In this document: one piece after another, positions 60,622 through 64,000 of the stretch | Layout of the letters: the number at the start of each line of letters is the position of its first letter | Numbering within the stretch: position 1 is the first letter of the stretch | Source: Zygnema circumcarinatum SAG 698-1b | Taxonomy: Eukaryota > Plantae > Zygnematophyceae | Direction of reading: 5' to 3' | Length of the DNA stretch: 64,000 nucleotides | NCBI GenBank assembly: GCA_037447605.1 | Contig: CM074804.1 | Location: 8,409,909-8,473,908, forward strand | The notes under the pieces: generated by a model | What the model saw: only the letters and a program-made list of their open reading frames with translations | Told to the model about the DNA's origin: nothing | The model's database searches: none | Position numbers and translations under genes: made by a program

Positions 60622-62611
60622 TGTAGCCCGGCCTTCGGCCACCCGAGGCGCTACTTGCGAGGACCTCACGTGCGATTGCCGTCATTACGCCTTTGTCGGT
60701 CGGTCGAGAACTTGACTGCGAGAAGACCCGACATACTAGGACGCTGGCGTGCGGACGCGCGCCCAGCCTTCCGGCGGCGCCTTGGCGGGTATTGATGGCT
60801 GTAGCATATCTTGCGCGCGTCGTATCTTGGCAGCGTCGTGGCATATCGCGGCGGCGGCGGTTCCTGTAGCGGCAGAAAAACTGGGCGGCGGCCGACATAT
60901 ATTCCGCGTGGCGATCGCCCGCAGGCTACACCAACCAGCGGCGTCTGCGCCAGTGGTAGGCCACCTTTCGGTCCCTCGCCGCTGGTAGAGGTTACGGCGG
61001 GGAAAGCGTATAGGCGAATACGCGGCATTCAACGGAAGCCCGGCACTACTCTCTCTCTCTCTCTACCCCTCACGCCTCCTTGCTGACCCGCCAGACCGGT
61101 ACCTGGACTCCCATTACATTGGTATCAGAGCCATTTTTCTTGATCCTGCGACTGCTCACCGCTCCCACCATGGTCACCACGCGCGCACGGGGAGCTGGGG
61201 AGCCGGCACCGTCGGATACACCGCCGATTCCCCTTCCTCCTCCACCTCNNNNNNNNNNCGTGGGGGCGGGAGGGGGCCAAAGCGTCCTGGGGATGCACCA
61301 GCTCAGCCCTTGGCGGCAAAAGTTCCCAAGTTGACGTCCCAAGAAGCGGACAGGCTCAAGAAGGAGGGCCGATGTTACCGTTGCCGACAGGCGGGACATC
61401 TGGCTCGTGACTGTCCTAAGGGCCAGCAAGCTCCTGGCCCGGAAAACGGACCTCCACCTGCAGTCTAGAGGTTGTTGCAGGTGGTAGTGGTTGGGGCGGG
61501 AGATTGGTTGTTGGAGCTGCCAGGCGTAGGGATTTTGTTGTACCCTTTTCCAGTGATTTAGTAAATATTATAGGCCGGCAGCCCCTTGAGTCAGATATTT
61601 TTGTTTTGCAGTGCCCGGAATATCTGAATGACTCGTTGTTCTCCCTCTCCACCCGAATGACCTCTCTTGAGTTTTCTGTTGCGCAATGGAATGAACCTGC
61701 TGAAGTCTGGATTCTGAACCCTACCGGCACTCCCGATCTGTTTGAGAGTGTCCTTGATGCCTTTCGGCGGGGCCGCACTACACTGTTGGTGTCGGCTGTG
61801 CATATCTTACTTCCGCAGCACGTCCCCATCACTTGTTTCGGCCACGCCCATTGGAGGGTGGTCCGGCTTTGGCGTAGGGGTCACCCGTTGGTGTGCTGGG
61901 ACGCCTCCGGCCACGGCGCTTCTTGCACGCTTCCGTTCCCGCTCATTTGGCGCACGGCGCGTCCTGATGCGTTGGTTGTCCTCAGGTCCATGTTTCAGCG
62001 ATCCCACCGTGCCATGACCTTTTATGGGGTTGTGGAAGGTCGACCTGTTATCGCCTTGTTTGATTCCGGCGCTGACGACAATTTCCTGAACTCTTTGTTT
62101 GTTAAGATGACCTCCCTTGTCCTTTCAGACCGCTCCGATACAGTCACGTTCGGCGATGGTCGTAAAGGGCAGATCCTCGGTTGTGTGACTACCCGATTGC
62201 GAATTCAATCTTTTTCCGGGCAGATTCGGTGCTTGGTCACAATTCTGACTCCTGGCATTGACTTGATTTTAGGCAGTTATTGGTTGCAGTCAGTCCGGGC
62301 CACGATGGATTTTGCAGTTCCGACCTGCGTGGTTCGCAGTGGCACTCGGCGGGTCACCTTACTACCGGGTATGCCCACGGTTGTCCCCCCCCTCCATCCC
62401 GATGCGGCGCACTTGTGCTCCGCCATGCAGGTGGCGAAAGCCGTGAAGACGGGTTGTGTCCTTTTTTATGTGCACCTCGTCGATGAGATCGAGTCTGTCT
62501 ATGACGGCGACCAGGAATGGTTACCTACTGCCTCAGAGTCGTTACCACCCGTGCCACTGGCGATCCAATCTTTGCTTACCGAATTTCAGGACATTTTCCC
62601 AGAGGACCTCC
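60622..62611 (+). mobile_element. Ty3/gypsy family B, 5' part (LTR 60622-61118, PBS-iMet 61120-61132, gag, extra domain, protease)
   Basis: TGTA...TACA LTR followed by TGGTATCAGAGCC. Gag ATG at 61170 (MVTTRAR). CYRCRQAGHLARDC zinc knuckle, gag stop at 61466-61468. Protease ALFDSGADDNF at ~62060 and DLILG..WL. Confidence 0.92.
61531..61965 (+). CDS. Extra Pol N-terminal domain, degenerate Dam-type adenine MTase-like (family B)
   Basis: Intact frame continuous with the protease: DIFV..FSVAQW..VWILNPT..VLDAF..SAVHILLPQH..WRVVRLWRRGHPLV..FPLIW. Confidence 0.6.
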
Positions 62612-62621
62612 NNNNNNNNNN

Positions 62622-64000
62622 GGCGGGACCCTCAGCTCCTGCCAAACTGGCAGGAAAGAACAAGCGGAAGCAGCCGGAAGTGGCTGCCCGCCCACCCACT
62701 GCACGGCCGCAGAAGTTGACTCCAGAGGAAATGGAGAAGATGCAGCGGGAGAACAAGTGTTTCCGCTGCCGCAAGGAGGGGCACAAGGCCCGTGATTGCC
62801 CTCTGAACACCAAGGACAAGAAGGGCAAGGGGCCGGAAAACCCCAACCCACCAGCAGCTTAGGGGTCGTTGCTGGTGGACATGCTAGGCTAGGGGGAGGG
62901 AATGGGGCTGCCATCAGGGATAAAAGACTCTTGTTTCTTAGAACCCTGGACATTCTTAACTTGGTGGACAGGCCTTTGGGAGTGCAAGATCTCTTTGTGT
63001 TTGATGTACTCCCTTCTTCCATTTCTCTTTCCCCTGCCACTGTAGTGACTCCTTCTGGGTTTATGGATGTCGTGATGAATGGTGATTGGCATGTCTTTAT
63101 CCTCAATGTCATGGGCAATGATGTTCTCATGCAATGTGCCATGGATGCTTTGCATGTCATGGGAAACACCTCCCATGTCCTTGGGCTGCATGTGCTGGTT
63201 CCTCAGCACATGGCAGTTCGCACCTTTCCCAACGCCACTTGGCGGTTGGTGAAACAGTTGAGGAAAGGGCACATGTTGGTGCAAGAGATGGAAGGATCCA
63301 CCAGCTTGCTGGTTGGCNNNNNNNNNNTCAGCTCCTGCCAAACTGGCAGGAAAGAACAAGCGGAAGCAGCCGGAAGTGGCTGCCCGCCCACCCACTGCAC
63401 GGCCGCAGAAGTTGACTCCAGAGGAAATGGAGAAGATGCAGCGGGAGAACAAGTGTTTCCGCTGCCGCAAGGAGGGGCACAAGGCCCGTGATTGCCCTCT
63501 GAACACCAAGGACAAGAAGGGCAAGGGGCCGGAAAACCCCAACCCACCAGCAGCTTAGGGGTCGTTGCTGGTGGACATGCTAGGCTAGGGGGAGGGAATG
63601 GGGCTGCCATCAGGGATAAAAGACTCTTGTTTCTTAGAACCCTGGACATTCTTAACTTGGTGGACAGGCCTTTGGGAGTGCAAGATCTCTTTGTGTTTGA
63701 TGTACTCCCTTCTTCCATTTCTCTTTCCCCTGCCACTGTAGTGACTCCTTCTGGGTTTATGGATGTCGTGATGAATGGTGATTGGCATGTCTTTATCCTC
63801 AATGTCATGGGCAATGATGTTCTCATGCAATGTGCCATGGATGCTTTGCATGTCATGGGAAACACCTCCCATGTCCTTGGGCTGCATGTGCTGGTTCCTC
63901 AGCACATGGCAGTTCGCACCTTTCCCAACGCCACTTGGCGGTTGGTGAAACAGTTGAGGAAAGGGCACATGTTGGTGCAAGAGATGGAAGGATCCACCAG
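62622..64000 (+). mobile_element. Two apparently identical family-A gag-end / extra-domain fragments separated by an N-gap
   Basis: 62622-63317 and 63328-64000 repeat each other and closely match 51191-51790. Confidence 0.85.

Noticed and set aside
60527-61132. Single LTR shared by a copia (PPT upstream) and a gypsy (PBS downstream), i.e. a chimeric retroelement
   Set aside because: Similarity to the copia 5' LTR stops after 85 bp and a separate TGTA...TACA LTR starts at 60622. Nested insertion explains it more simply.
62622-64000. Tandem amplification of the gag-end / MTase-like segment
   Set aside because: The copies look identical, end at the same junction and are separated by a 10-N gap, typical of overlapping contig ends. 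It needs long reads before being treated as real.

Overview
Eukaryotic, intron-rich nuclear DNA from a scaffolded assembly with eight ~10-N gaps. Plant-type genes plus GA/CT-rich introns suggest a streptophyte, probably a charophyte alga (inference). Seven host genes were assembled by hand from GT-AG exons: the 3' end of a KEA1/2-type K+/H+ antiporter (frameshifted, with a copia in an intron), chlorophyll synthase CHLG, the ROCK1-type nucleotide-sugar transporter, a large RING-H2 E3 ligase, an ABCG24/28-type half transporter, WDR89/GTS1, and a histidine-phosphatase (PGM-like) gene. TE content: a 4.36-kb inverted-repeat element at 4.1-8.4 kb holding nested non-autonomous DNA transposons, and a 50-64 kb nest of a copia with two Ty3/gypsy families. 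The most notable signal is in both gypsy families: a conserved ~140-aa extra domain between a probable -1 gag/pol frameshift and the protease. It resembles a Dam-type N6-adenine DNA methyltransferase but has lost the NPP(F/Y) catalytic motif. No database search was possible, so all family calls rest on recalled motifs.
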